This document shows, piece by piece, positions 18,101 through 24,833 of a stretch of DNA of 64,000 nt (position 1 is its first letter; every line of letters starts with the position of its first letter). The stretch covers positions 64,001-128,000 of the IMG/VR virus record IMGVR_UViG_3300045988_162176; one strand, 5' to 3'. The notes beneath the pieces are model-generated. The model ran no database searches, was not told the DNA's origin, and saw only the letters and a program-made list of their open reading frames with translations. The stretch comes from a virus. The position numbers were made by a program, and so were the translations under genes.

Positions 18101-18192
18101 CTAGACACCATATAAAAATCTAAAAAAGTATTTATTCCAATTAAATATATTTCCCAGTATTTTTATTTTAATTGCTGTAAGTGTCTACTTTT
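18101..18192 (-). repeat. E-repeat copy E2
   Basis: Arms ctagacac (18101-18108) / gtgtctac (18181-18188) plus attgctgtaa. Interior hairpin TATTTA-ATTGGAA-TAAATA. Confidence 0.75.
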
Positions 18193-18204
18193 AACATTAC
18201 TAAT

Positions 18205-18274
18205 CTAAACCCTATCCATAATCTTTTTTTCAAGCAAAAATTAAGTAGTTAAATTGCTGTAAGGGTTTACTTTT
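18205..18274 (-). repeat. E-repeat copy E3
   Basis: Arms ctaaaccc (18205-18212) / gggtttac (18263-18270) plus attgctgtaa. Confidence 0.7.
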
Positions 18275-18326
18275 AAATCATCAATAACTTACCATCTTGT
18301 TTGTAGTACTCCAAACAATTCAATCT

Positions 18327-18392
18327 TGCACCGTGGGGGATTCGAACCCCTCTTAAGCCCTCCGTCGAGCGACCCCAACCTTGGTACGGCAC
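18327..18392 (-). tRNA. tRNA-like gene with truncated body (isotype undetermined)
   Basis: Acceptor GTGCCGT/ACGGTGC and T arm GGGGG-TTCGAAT-CCCCC are clear, but only 35 nt lie between them (41 expected) and no anticodon arm could be folded. Confidence 0.35.
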
Positions 18393-18399
18393 TTATAAA

Positions 18400-18545
18400 C
18401 TAGACGCATAATACTAACAAAGGAGAATCATGAAAGCATCATAAACTAATTAGCAAGGAACAATACCCAAAATCTTTTTTTAAATATTAGAATTTTTTTA
18501 TAGAATTTGATTTTTATTATTGTTTGCTGTAAGCGTCTACGTTAG
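18400..18545 (-). repeat. E-repeat copy E4 (longest interior)
   Basis: Arms ctagacgc (18400-18407) / gcgtctac (18533-18540) plus tttgctgtaa. Confidence 0.7.
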
Positions 18546-18565
18546 ATAATTTGAATTGTTGCTTA

Positions 18566-18646
18566 TGGCAGGGATGGAAGGATTCGAACCTTCGAAAAAA
18601 ACTCATAGAGTCAAAGTCTACTGCCTTACCGCTTGGCTACACCCCT
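18566..18646 (-). tRNA. tRNA-Gln (anticodon TTG), unusually long variable region
   Basis: D arm GCCAAGCGGTAAGGC as in bacterial tRNA-Gln, stem GTAGA/TCTAT, loop CTTTGAC, 11-nt variable GAGTTTTTTTC, CCA encoded. Confidence 0.7.
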
Positions 18647-18781
18647 ATATATTTTCCTTAGCTGGTGGTTCCGATTCGCCCATCCAGAACTCCCTACTTG
18701 AGTGCCATTCTATACTCATTAGAGGCTTTCCGACTGAAGGGTATTTTAATTTATTTATCGTCTTTTAAACTACTAAGGAAT

Positions 18782-18856
18782 TGGAGCAGAAGACGGGAAT
18801 CGAACCCGCACCTACGACCTCGGAAGCCGTTATTCTCACCATTAAACCACTTCTGC
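18782..18856 (-). tRNA. tRNA-Arg (anticodon CCG)
   Basis: Acceptor GCAGAAG/CTTCTGC, loop TTCCGAG, T arm GCGGG-TTCGATT-CCCGT, CCA encoded. Confidence 0.85.
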
Positions 18857-18886
18857 AAGGTTGGTTTATCTCTCAACCACATCTTA

Positions 18887-18915
18887 AGTATAACATATAC
18901 TTTTCATCTTGTCAA
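18887..18915 (-). promoter_or_regulatory. Sigma70-type promoter
   Basis: TTGACA (18910-18915) - 17 nt - TATACT (18887-18892), upstream of the tRNA run. Confidence 0.55.
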
Positions 18916-19143
18916 GTACTTTTTAAAATTTCTTTTTGGAAGATTTTTTCGTTCAAATTAAGGAGGACAAAAACTTTTTGATACCAAAACAACTCAAGAC
19001 CAAGAAGTTCACAAAGAGCATCAACATCTTTCATTGTATACTTGTCTTTCTTTAAAGCTTTAATTTTTTCAACAATTTCCTCTTCTAAGAATAAAAATTC
19101 GTCCATAATAAAAATCCTCTTTTATTTGGGGAAAAATTCTAAA

Positions 19144-19216
19144 ATGAAGTGGTTGGAATCGAACCAACGACCAGCGAAGATACCCCAACGCCGCTCTACC
19201 CCTGAGCTACACTTCA
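19144..19216 (-). tRNA. tRNA, isotype undetermined (atypical anticodon arm)
   Basis: Good acceptor TGAAGTG/CACTTCA, D arm GCTC/GAGC and T arm GTTGG-TTCGATT-CCAAC. The anticodon arm is GCG-TT-GGGGTATC-TT-CGC (3 bp plus U.U pairs, 8-nt loop). Confidence 0.5.
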
Positions 19217-19217
19217 A

Positions 19218-19292
19218 TGGAGCTGGATGAGAATTTTGAAATCTCGACTTCCACTTTACAAGAGTGGCGCTCTGCCTCTGAGCTAATCCAGC
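19218..19292 (-). tRNA. tRNA-Thr (anticodon TGT)
   Basis: Acceptor GCTGGAT/ATCCAGC, stem CCACT/AGTGG, loop CTTGTAA, CCA encoded. Confidence 0.8.
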
Positions 19293-19317
19293 AAATAAAG
19301 GACTAAACAAATAGTCC

Positions 19318-19833
19318 TTATCCACGAGTACGTTTCCAATAATTTGCCATTTTATATTCAGGCTTATTAGTAACTTCCTCGATAAACACTTCAGGAAAAG
19401 GCCAAACATAACTATTAGCTTCTTCCTCAGAATCAAATTCAACTTCGGCATAATAGAAGGCATTATCAGTTCCGCCATCTACAAGATTGAATTCAATTAA
19501 ATAACCATTATTGTAAAGACCTCTATAATCTTTTACAATAGGATTATAACCAAGTTCATTAAAACAGTCAAACAAAGAATTATCTGTAAGATTTGTTTCA
19601 ATTTCAGTACGAGTTAAAGTACCACCAGACTTGAAAGTAAGAGCATCTGGACGATAACCTTTGCCACTTTCAAACCAACGTCTTATACGAATTTCCTGTG
19701 AAATTTTTCCATCAGAATTATATTTGATATTAATATAAATAGTTTTAACAATTCCGACTTCATCAAAATCGACTTTAGGAAAACCAGAGATTAAAAACTT
19801 ACGTTCGATTTCGATTGAATTATTATTACTCAT
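19318..19833 (-). CDS. CYTH-domain (triphosphate tunnel metalloenzyme) protein
   Basis: N-terminal ExExK signature IEIERKFLI; size typical of CYTH proteins. Confidence 0.6.
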   Translation of the reverse strand: MSNNNSIEIERKFLISGFPKVDFDEVGIVKTIYINIKYNSDGKISQEIRIRRWFESGKGYRPDALTFKSGGTLTRTEIETNLTDNSLFDCFNELGYNPIVKDYRGLYNNGYLIEFNLVDGGTDNAFYYAEVEFDSEEEANSYVWPFPEVFIEEVTNKPEYKMANYWKRTRG

Positions 19834-19852
19834 TTTTAATCTCCTTTTTCCA

Positions 19853-19947
19853 TGGCACTAGCGGTAAGATTCGAACTCACGAGACGGATACAAGCCGTCA
19901 CACATCATTTCAAGTGATGGCAGTTATGACCACTTCTGTACGCTAGC
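19853..19947 (-). tRNA. tRNA-Ser (anticodon TGA)
   Basis: Type II: stem CATCA/TGATG, loop CTTGAAA, long variable arm, CCA encoded. Confidence 0.85.
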
Positions 19948-19954
19948 ATTTATT

Positions 19955-20260
19955 TTATGTTTCAGAGAACAGATAGATACCTTTTTCTCCTACATCCTTT
20001 TTAATATCAGTAAATTCTTTATCACTAATTTGAGTCATTGGAGGGAATACACTTTTGAAAGAAGAACAACCATCTTTTTCAATAGTAACCATTTGTTTCT
20101 TACAAACTGGGCAAGTATAATTCCAAGATAAAAAATTAGTTTCATCCTTAGCAATTTTCATCTCTACTACTTGCATTATTCCCTTATTACAATGAGGACA
20201 TCTATAAACAAACTTTTTATTACTTGCTGTCTAATAAATGTAAGTCTTAAAATTAGTCAT
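19955..20260 (-). CDS. Zinc-ribbon protein (one in-frame TAG at 20231-20233)
   Basis: The ORF-track 19955-20176 ORF extends upstream through TAG to ATG 20260 (..YRCPHCNKG...CPVCKK..). Confidence 0.5.
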
Positions 20261-20284
20261 TAGAATTTACTTCCTTTTATTTTT

Positions 20285-20372
20285 TGGTTGCTGAAGCATG
20301 GGAGTCGAACCCACTATCGTACAGGGTATGAACCTGACATGATTTATAATTATCCGTTTCACTCGCCAGCAA
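20285..20372 (-). tRNA. tRNA-Met/Ile2-type (anticodon CAT) with enlarged D region
   Basis: Loop TTCATAC, T arm GTGGG-TTCGACT-CCCAT, ~9 extra nt between acceptor and anticodon stem, CCA encoded. The acceptor register is ambiguous. Confidence 0.55.
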
Positions 20373-20448
20373 TGGTGGACCTGACAAGACTTGAACTTGC
20401 GACTTCCTGCGTGCAAAGCAGACACTCTCCCAACTGAGTTACAGGCCC
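20373..20448 (-). tRNA. tRNA-Ala (anticodon TGC)
   Basis: G3:U70 pair present, loop TTTGCAC, T arm GCAAG-TTCAAGT-CTTGT, CCA encoded. Confidence 0.9.
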
Positions 20449-20449
20449 A

Positions 20450-20989
20450 TAATTAAACTATACTCCCAAATAGCAACAGAGTTTTTTACAAGAACTCTAT
20501 AACTTGGCTTTTGTTGTTCATCCTCAGCACCACCTGTTAGGAGCAATAAGCAGTATGCTCGGCTTATTGTGTTTTAAGGTTACATGACCCATAACCTCAA
20601 TACCTACCCCGATTTAGTTGCAGTAATCAGAGTTTTTGTTTGAACAAGTACGCAACCACTTGTCCCCGTAAACACGGCACAGACTTCTCCGTATAGCTTT
20701 TCGCTGTAGGTTTTTGATGTTACATTCGCACCCTAACATCTCTCGCCATATATCTGTGTTCTGCCCATGTGCGGCTCATAGCCTTTTTCAGCTTGTGACA
20801 GCTTACTTTGCGTTCGAGAACCATTCACTTGTTCTCTACTCCAAGACTTCGGACGGGCGTTGGGGCTTTAGCTTAACGGACTAAAGGTGAGTTCAAATAT
20901 ATGAAACACCGACGAGGCTTTAGCCATCCTTGCTGAATCGGGCAGTTTAATATAAGTTATATTCTCTGTCTGCCAATTGATATATAACT
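20450..20989 (-). ncRNA. Candidate large structured ncRNA (~540 nt) between tRNA-Leu and tRNA-Ala
   Basis: No credible ORF on the coding strand, clearly more GC-rich than flanks, embedded in the tRNA run. Confidence 0.35.
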
Positions 20990-21074
20990 TGGTGGCTAAG
21001 GTGGGACTTGAACCCACATCTCTTTCGAGGGTTGTACTTGAAGCAACTGCGTATGCCAATTTCGCCACTCAGCC
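20990..21074 (-). tRNA. tRNA-Leu (anticodon CAA)
   Basis: Type II: D arm GCG-AAATTGGCATA-CGC, loop TTCAAGT, variable arm CCTCGAAAGAGAT, T arm GTGGG-TTCAAGT-CCCAC, CCA encoded. Confidence 0.8.
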
Positions 21075-21087
21075 ATAATAATTAATA

Positions 21088-21210
21088 CTAGACACGTTTT
21101 TTTTGATATCGGTCATCCAGACATCCCCCGAAGGAGACGGAAGAATCGAACTTCCCCGTTTAATTTTCCATATTAAAGAATCAAGTAATTTTGCTGTGCG
21201 TGTCTACTTG
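21088..21210 (-). repeat. E-repeat copy E5 enclosing a permuted tRNA-like module
   Basis: Arms ctagacacg (21088-21096) / cgtgtctac (21199-21207). Interior runs hairpin TTAAT-ATGGAAA-ATTAA, T arm GGAAG-TTCGATT-CTTCC, GTCTCCT, TC, GGGGGAT (3' acceptor strand before 5'). Confidence 0.6.
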
Positions 21211-21260
21211 AAAGGAATTTATATTTGCCTATTAGAAAAATAGGAGCGTCAATCTATTAA

Positions 21261-21394
21261 CTAGACTCATTTTACAAAATCTGTTGCTCTACCAGTTGAG
21301 CTAACTCCCGATGGTCGGGAGCAGAGGATTCGAACCTCCAACACACAGGCCCATAGCATTTGTGATTGTAAAGTTGCTGTTAGAGTCTACTTGA
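21261..21394 (-). repeat. E-repeat copy E6 enclosing a circularly permuted tRNA gene
   Basis: Arms ctagactc (21261-21268) / gagtctac (21383-21390) plus gttgctgtta. A second helix pairs TTTACAA with TTGTAAA. Confidence 0.75.
21275..21349 (-). tRNA. Circularly permuted tRNA (Gln-like, UUG): 3' half precedes 5' half
   Basis: Minus strand reads CCTGT-GTGTT-GGAGG-TTCGAAT-CCTCT-GCTCCCG-A-CCA-T-CGGGAGT-TA-GCTC-AACTGGTA-GAGC-A-ACAGA-TTTTG. The acceptor strands pair 7/7 only in this permuted order. Confidence 0.65.
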
Positions 21395-21466
21395 AAGGAA
21401 TGCTTTTATGAACAATAAAAAATGAACATTAGCTTACAAATAAATTTGTATCTTTACCATGTTTTT

Positions 21467-21495
21467 ACTATAACATAAAATTTTCATTTTGTCAA
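21467..21495 (-). promoter_or_regulatory. Sigma70-type promoter
   Basis: TTGACA (21490-21495) - 17 nt - TATAGT (21467-21472), ~85 nt upstream of E6. Confidence 0.65.
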
Positions 21496-21518
21496 GAATT
21501 TTAAAACAAAAATTTTAC

Positions 21519-21602
21519 TGGTGGGTGAGGAAGGTGCCGACCCTTCTACTCCGTTAGGAAAGAGTTTTACAGACTCCCGTGTTTGCCGATTCACTACTCA
21601 CC
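21519..21602 (-). tRNA. tRNA-Tyr (anticodon GTA)
   Basis: Type II: stem GGAGT/ACTCT, loop CTGTAAA, long variable arm. T loop is non-canonical (GTCGGCA) and the acceptor register is uncertain. Confidence 0.65.
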
Positions 21603-21633
21603 TATTTAATTATTTTCCTTTTTTAGAAAGGGG

Positions 21634-21700
21634 CTAGACGCTTTTTGTGTATTCTTATTTAACAGATAAGTACATTTAAATTGCTGTAAGCGTCTACTAT
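21634..21700 (-). repeat. E-repeat copy E7
   Basis: Arms ctagacgc (21634-21641) / gcgtctac (21690-21697). Interior hairpin CTTAT-CTGTTAA-ATAAG has an Asn-type GUU loop. Confidence 0.75.
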
Positions 21701-21732
21701 TGAAGTCATTACAAAATTAGCATTTCTGCTAT

Positions 21733-21808
21733 TGGTGCTCATGGAGGGACTCGAACCCTCGACAGACGGCTTAAAAGGCCGCTACTCTACCAACTGAGTT
21801 ACATGGGC
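21733..21808 (-). tRNA. tRNA-Lys (anticodon TTT)
   Basis: Stem GCGGC/GCCGT, loop CTTTTAA, T arm GAGGG-TTCGAGT-CCCTC, CCA encoded. Confidence 0.85.
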
Positions 21809-21815
21809 ATAAATA

Positions 21816-21952
21816 CTAGAGACATTGTTGTTATGGACTCCTGCCTTAAACCACTTGGCTACATACTTCAACTGAAGACGTTCGGATTCGAACCGAAGAA
21901 TGGGAGTTTGGCTTCTAACATACTTTCAGAATTGCTGTTAGTCTCTACTTTA
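21816..21952 (-). repeat. E-repeat copy E8 enclosing tRNA-like parts (order and anticodon unresolved)
   Basis: Arms ctagagac (21816-21823) / gtctctac (21941-21948). The interior has T arm TTCGG-TTCGAAT-CCGAA, then a Gln-like D arm GCC-AAGTGGTTTAA-GGC, with split stem GGAGT/ACTCC. Confidence 0.55.
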
Positions 21953-22119
21953 TAAATATCTTATTGAAAGGAAATTATTCATATCAGATAGAGAGAAAGG
22001 AGAAATAATATCTCGTCAAATAATTAATTCTTAACCCTTCGATAGATTTAAGTTCCCCTCATTTAAATCCGATAAAACTTACTCACACTATCATAAGAAC
22101 GGATTTCTGATTTGAATAA

Positions 22120-22195
22120 TGGTACTCGGTACGGGGTTCGAACCCGTGCTACTGACGTGAAAGGCCAGTGTCTTAGCCCACTTGACTAACCGAGC
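22120..22195 (-). tRNA. tRNA-Glu (anticodon TTC)
   Basis: Stem CTGGC/GTCAG, loop CTTTCAC, T arm ACGGG-TTCGAAC-CCCGT, CCA encoded. Confidence 0.85.
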
Positions 22196-22203
22196 ATATT
22201 AAC

Positions 22204-22330
22204 CTAGACTCTTTTGCGTATTATTCACCACAGAGCGCCCTCTGACGAGAATCGAACTCGCTAATGATTGTTTTGCAGACAATTGTGTTAACCTTTTTAA
22301 GAATTTGCTGTAAGAGTCTACTTTATTATT
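22204..22330 (-). repeat. E-repeat copy E9 enclosing a permuted tRNA-Cys-like module
   Basis: Arms ctagactct (22204-22212) / agagtctac (22313-22321). Interior runs ATTGT-CTGCAAA-ACAAT (GCA), CATTA, GCGAG-TTCGATT-CTCGT, CAGAGGG, CGCTCTG. Confidence 0.6.
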
Positions 22331-22458
22331 CAGGAGGTTTTACCTATGCACTTATTATAACATATCATCTTTAAGATGTCAACCACTTATTAAAATTTTC
22401 TTTTTGCTTTTTATCTTTTTGAGAAGTTTTTATTTTGCTCTTTTCTTAAGATGTATTT

Positions 22459-22487
22459 ATCTTACCACACTTTTAGATTTCTGTCAA
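22459..22487 (-). promoter_or_regulatory. Sigma70-type promoter
   Basis: TTGACA (22482-22487) - 17 nt - TAAGAT (22459-22464). Confidence 0.55.
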
Positions 22488-22494
22488 GACTTTA

Positions 22495-22887
22495 TTAGAA
22501 ATTTTCTTTTTCGAAATGATTAGCAAAAGCTATATAATTTTGACTTTTAATAAGCTCCTCAAAAACCTCTACAGGAGGCTCAACAAAGTTTCTAATAAGG
22601 TCTACTAATTCTATCATAGAATTAGCTTCGAGGGTAAAGATTAAACCATCATATGGAATACATCTATAAACCCATTTGCCTGACGTACTTTGATAACAAT
22701 CGGCATTAGTCCAAACTTGAGTAGCATCTAAAATACGAGATTCCCAAGGATATTTAATAATTTCAGAACCTCTTTTATACCAATAATTAAATTCTTTATC
22801 TTTTAAAATATCATTGGTTTCAAGCTCGCACTCGTCGCCATTACAAATAGAATAATGACCGACAATTTTAAATGAAGAAGTATCCAT
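22495..22887 (-). CDS. Hypothetical protein
   Basis: ORF track. Confidence 0.6.
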   Translation of the reverse strand: MDTSSFKIVGHYSICNGDECELETNDILKDKEFNYWYKRGSEIIKYPWESRILDATQVWTNADCYQSTSGKWVYRCIPYDGLIFTLEANSMIELVDLIRNFVEPPVEVFEELIKSQNYIAFANHFEKENF

Positions 22888-23159
22888 TACTCAGTAACCT
22901 CAGCGTAAGTTAATTCCATAATATCAGGCTTAACGGGATAAAATTCACCCTTAATTCCCTTAACAATGTAATCTCCTACAGAAGCACAGTGATAACCTTC
23001 AAGAGTATAAATAATAAGATTCTTTTTAATTCCCTTCATTGTATGTTCAGTAGTAACACAACAATGAGCGCCAACGAAACTTGTAATTTCTTCTTCGTTA
23101 TCGCCAGTCCAGATAATTGCTTGAATAGCAATAGGTTTCTTAATATATGTCTTAATCAT
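22887..23159 (-). CDS. Hypothetical protein
   Basis: ORF track. Confidence 0.6.
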   Translation of the reverse strand: MIKTYIKKPIAIQAIIWTGDNEEEITSFVGAHCCVTTEHTMKGIKKNLIIYTLEGYHCASVGDYIVKGIKGEFYPVKPDIMELTYAEVTE

Positions 23160-23175
23160 ATCTCTTCACCTTGAC

Positions 23176-23472
23176 TCATCTATATTTATACTTAAGTTGA
23201 CAAGACTTCAACCAAATCCAAAACAAAAGAGAAGCGTCAATTCCATCTACTTCATTCATAATGCGATAATTATCAGAATCTTTTTCAGGATAGCCATAAA
23301 CTACTTGTGCATCATAGCACTAAACAAGATACTTACAATTTGTCTTAGATATAATAGCAAGCTCACTTATATAATTAAATTTATCAACTTTCTTTTCGTA
23401 ATAAGTCCCGAATTTATCTGAAGAGATAAGTTTATATCCATGTTTAGCAAACTGTTTGTCAATATAATCCAT
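23176..23472 (-). CDS. Hypothetical protein (one in-frame TAG at 23330-23332)
   Basis: Hand translation MDYIDKQFAKHGYKLISSDKF...KYLV*CYDAQVVYGYPEK... is open to TGA 23176 if TAG is sense. Confidence 0.45.
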
Positions 23473-23479
23473 AAAAATA

Positions 23480-24505
23480 CCCTTTTATTTTATTAAATAT
23501 ATAAGGAACAAAAACTGATAACTACTGACAGACCAGCTTTTCACTTATCTGTCCTCGGTTTGGCTGAGGAGGGGCTATTCCTTATAAGGGGCTTACACTC
23601 AACTATCTTGGTCATTTTCATTATCAGTTTTGCTCATTGCATAAGGGTTTAACGTACCCAGTTAAGCAAAGCAACGGTCTTTCTATTGTTACCAGTCCAT
23701 CAGACTTGGAGGGCGGTTCAGTGTCGAATACATTGTAACCAGCTAAACTGTATTCCAAGATAAGTTTCGTACTATATCTTACGGATTTCTTGTTTTTTTA
23801 AAAAGACATCAAGAAATATCTAACCATTCTGTCTTTTGGAGCGGCATCGAAGAATCGAACTCCAAACATAATAAAAGTATTGTCCATGGCTACTTTTATT
23901 ATTACACCAGTTGCCGCATATTTGCTGTCTCTCCAAGCTGTCACCGCTAATATGGTTGTAGGTTCTGGACGGTCTGAACTTAGGTGCGCCATACACACAT
24001 CCTAACATTAAGCGATACTCCATCTGTTAGGCGAACTTCCATCTTTATAAGACGGTATCGTAGTTACTGGACCTCATAATTGGATTCGAACCAACTTCCT
24101 CTCCCGATGTGGCTGTTATCGCTAAGGAGCTACCTTAGTGTTTATTCAACATCAGTTATCGAGAATGCACCATTACACTAATGGGGATATAAATGTTATA
24201 GACCTTTTAACTATAACTCACAGGCTTTCCCTTATTCAAACAAGGTGGCGGGACGTGTGCTGTGTTTTTAAAAGAAAGTCCTTGTTATACTTTTTCTTTC
24301 AAGGATTTAGTGGTAAGAACTTTTCTTGACCATAGGCGTTCTCAAACCTACTCCTTTACCTATATGCTCAACATAAATTAGGTTAAGCATCTCAACCTTG
24401 AGGTCAACTGGGGTATCTTACAGCCGTTCGGTTTATTTTTAGTTTGAGTAAACCTTCCTCAAACACTCCTTCATCCACTTTTTTACAAGGATACGGAATC
24501 CACGA
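23480..24505 (-). ncRNA. ~1 kb ORF-free structured region with embedded tRNA-like modules
   Basis: GC-enriched. Two T-arm plus 3'-acceptor-CCA ends (CCA at 23837-23839 and 24068-70). ACAGCAA/ACAGCCA motifs as in the E repeats. ORF-track ORFs here are short and overlapping. Confidence 0.35.
23837..23917 (-). ncRNA. tRNA-like RNA: acceptor + T arm + 12-bp hairpin replacing the D and anticodon arms
   Basis: GCGGCAA...ATGCCGC-T-CCA, T arm TGGAG-TTCGATT-CTTCG, hairpin ATAATAAAAGTA/TACTTTTATTAT. The 5' leader GGAGAGACAGCAAATAT pairs TTGGAG with CTCCAA at the 3' end. Confidence 0.45.
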
Positions 24506-24509
24506 GTTT

Positions 24510-24597
24510 TGGCGCAGATAACAGGATTCGAACCTGTATTACCTTACGGTAAGCGGCTGTAGCAGAGCCGTGAGATAGCCAATTACTCCATATCTGC
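24510..24597 (-). tRNA. tRNA-Ser (anticodon GCT)
   Basis: Type II: acceptor GCAGATA/TATCTGC, stem CGGCT/AGCCG, loop CTGCTAC, long variable arm, CCA encoded. Confidence 0.85.
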
Positions 24598-24609
24598 ATA
24601 ATGAGCAAT

Positions 24610-24740
24610 CTTGACACTTTTTTCTAGCCAACCACGGTTAACCATTCCTTGCTCAAGGGATACGTTAATAAGGAGTCGAACCTTACACGACGTTATTCCA
24701 AAAACATAAAATAAATTTGCTGTGAGTGTCAACTTTTGTT
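24610..24740 (-). repeat. E-repeat copy E10 (variant arms) enclosing tRNA-like parts
   Basis: Arms cttgacac (24610-24617) / gtgtcaac (24726-24733) plus tttgctgtga. Interior T arm TAAGG-TTCGACT-CCTTA then TTAACGT. The fold is not resolved. Confidence 0.55.
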
Positions 24741-24755
24741 TAAATTTAAGTCTGA

Positions 24756-24833
24756 TGGTGGGAATAACAGGACTCGAACCTGTAAGCCTCCGCCGTGTAA
24801 AGGCGGCATTCTAACCAGTTGAACTATACTCCC
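24756..24833 (-). tRNA. tRNA-Val (anticodon TAC)
   Basis: Acceptor GGGAGTA/TATTCCC, stem CCGCC/GGCGG, loop TTTACAC, CCA encoded. Confidence 0.85.

Noticed and set aside
18556-19478. ORF-track ORFs overlapping tRNA genes (18556-18768, 18665-18961, 18781-18981, 19042-19230, 19122-19478; also 20868-21068, 23798-24023)
   Set aside because: They coincide with well-folded tRNAs or structured RNA. They are short, overlap each other and lack an RBS.
21261-21394. Archaeal/eukaryal bulge-helix-bulge splicing motif at the permuted or interrupted tRNA junctions
   Set aside because: I looked for two 3-nt bulges separated by a 4-bp helix around the junctions and could not draw one convincingly. No splicing endonuclease homolog was recognised either.
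17858-24740. E repeats as a CRISPR array
   Set aside because: The repeated units are inverted arms, not direct repeats. Spacing is irregular (50-130 nt), tRNA genes lie between copies, and no cas genes are present.
17858-24740. E repeats as integron attC sites or MITE terminal inverted repeats
   Set aside because: The structure-conserving arm variation resembles attC sites, but no integrase or transposase is in the window. Copies differ by compensatory changes rather than sharing identical termini. The enclosed tRNA parts are arranged as expected for RNA-level leader/trailer pairing. A DNA-level role is not fully excluded.
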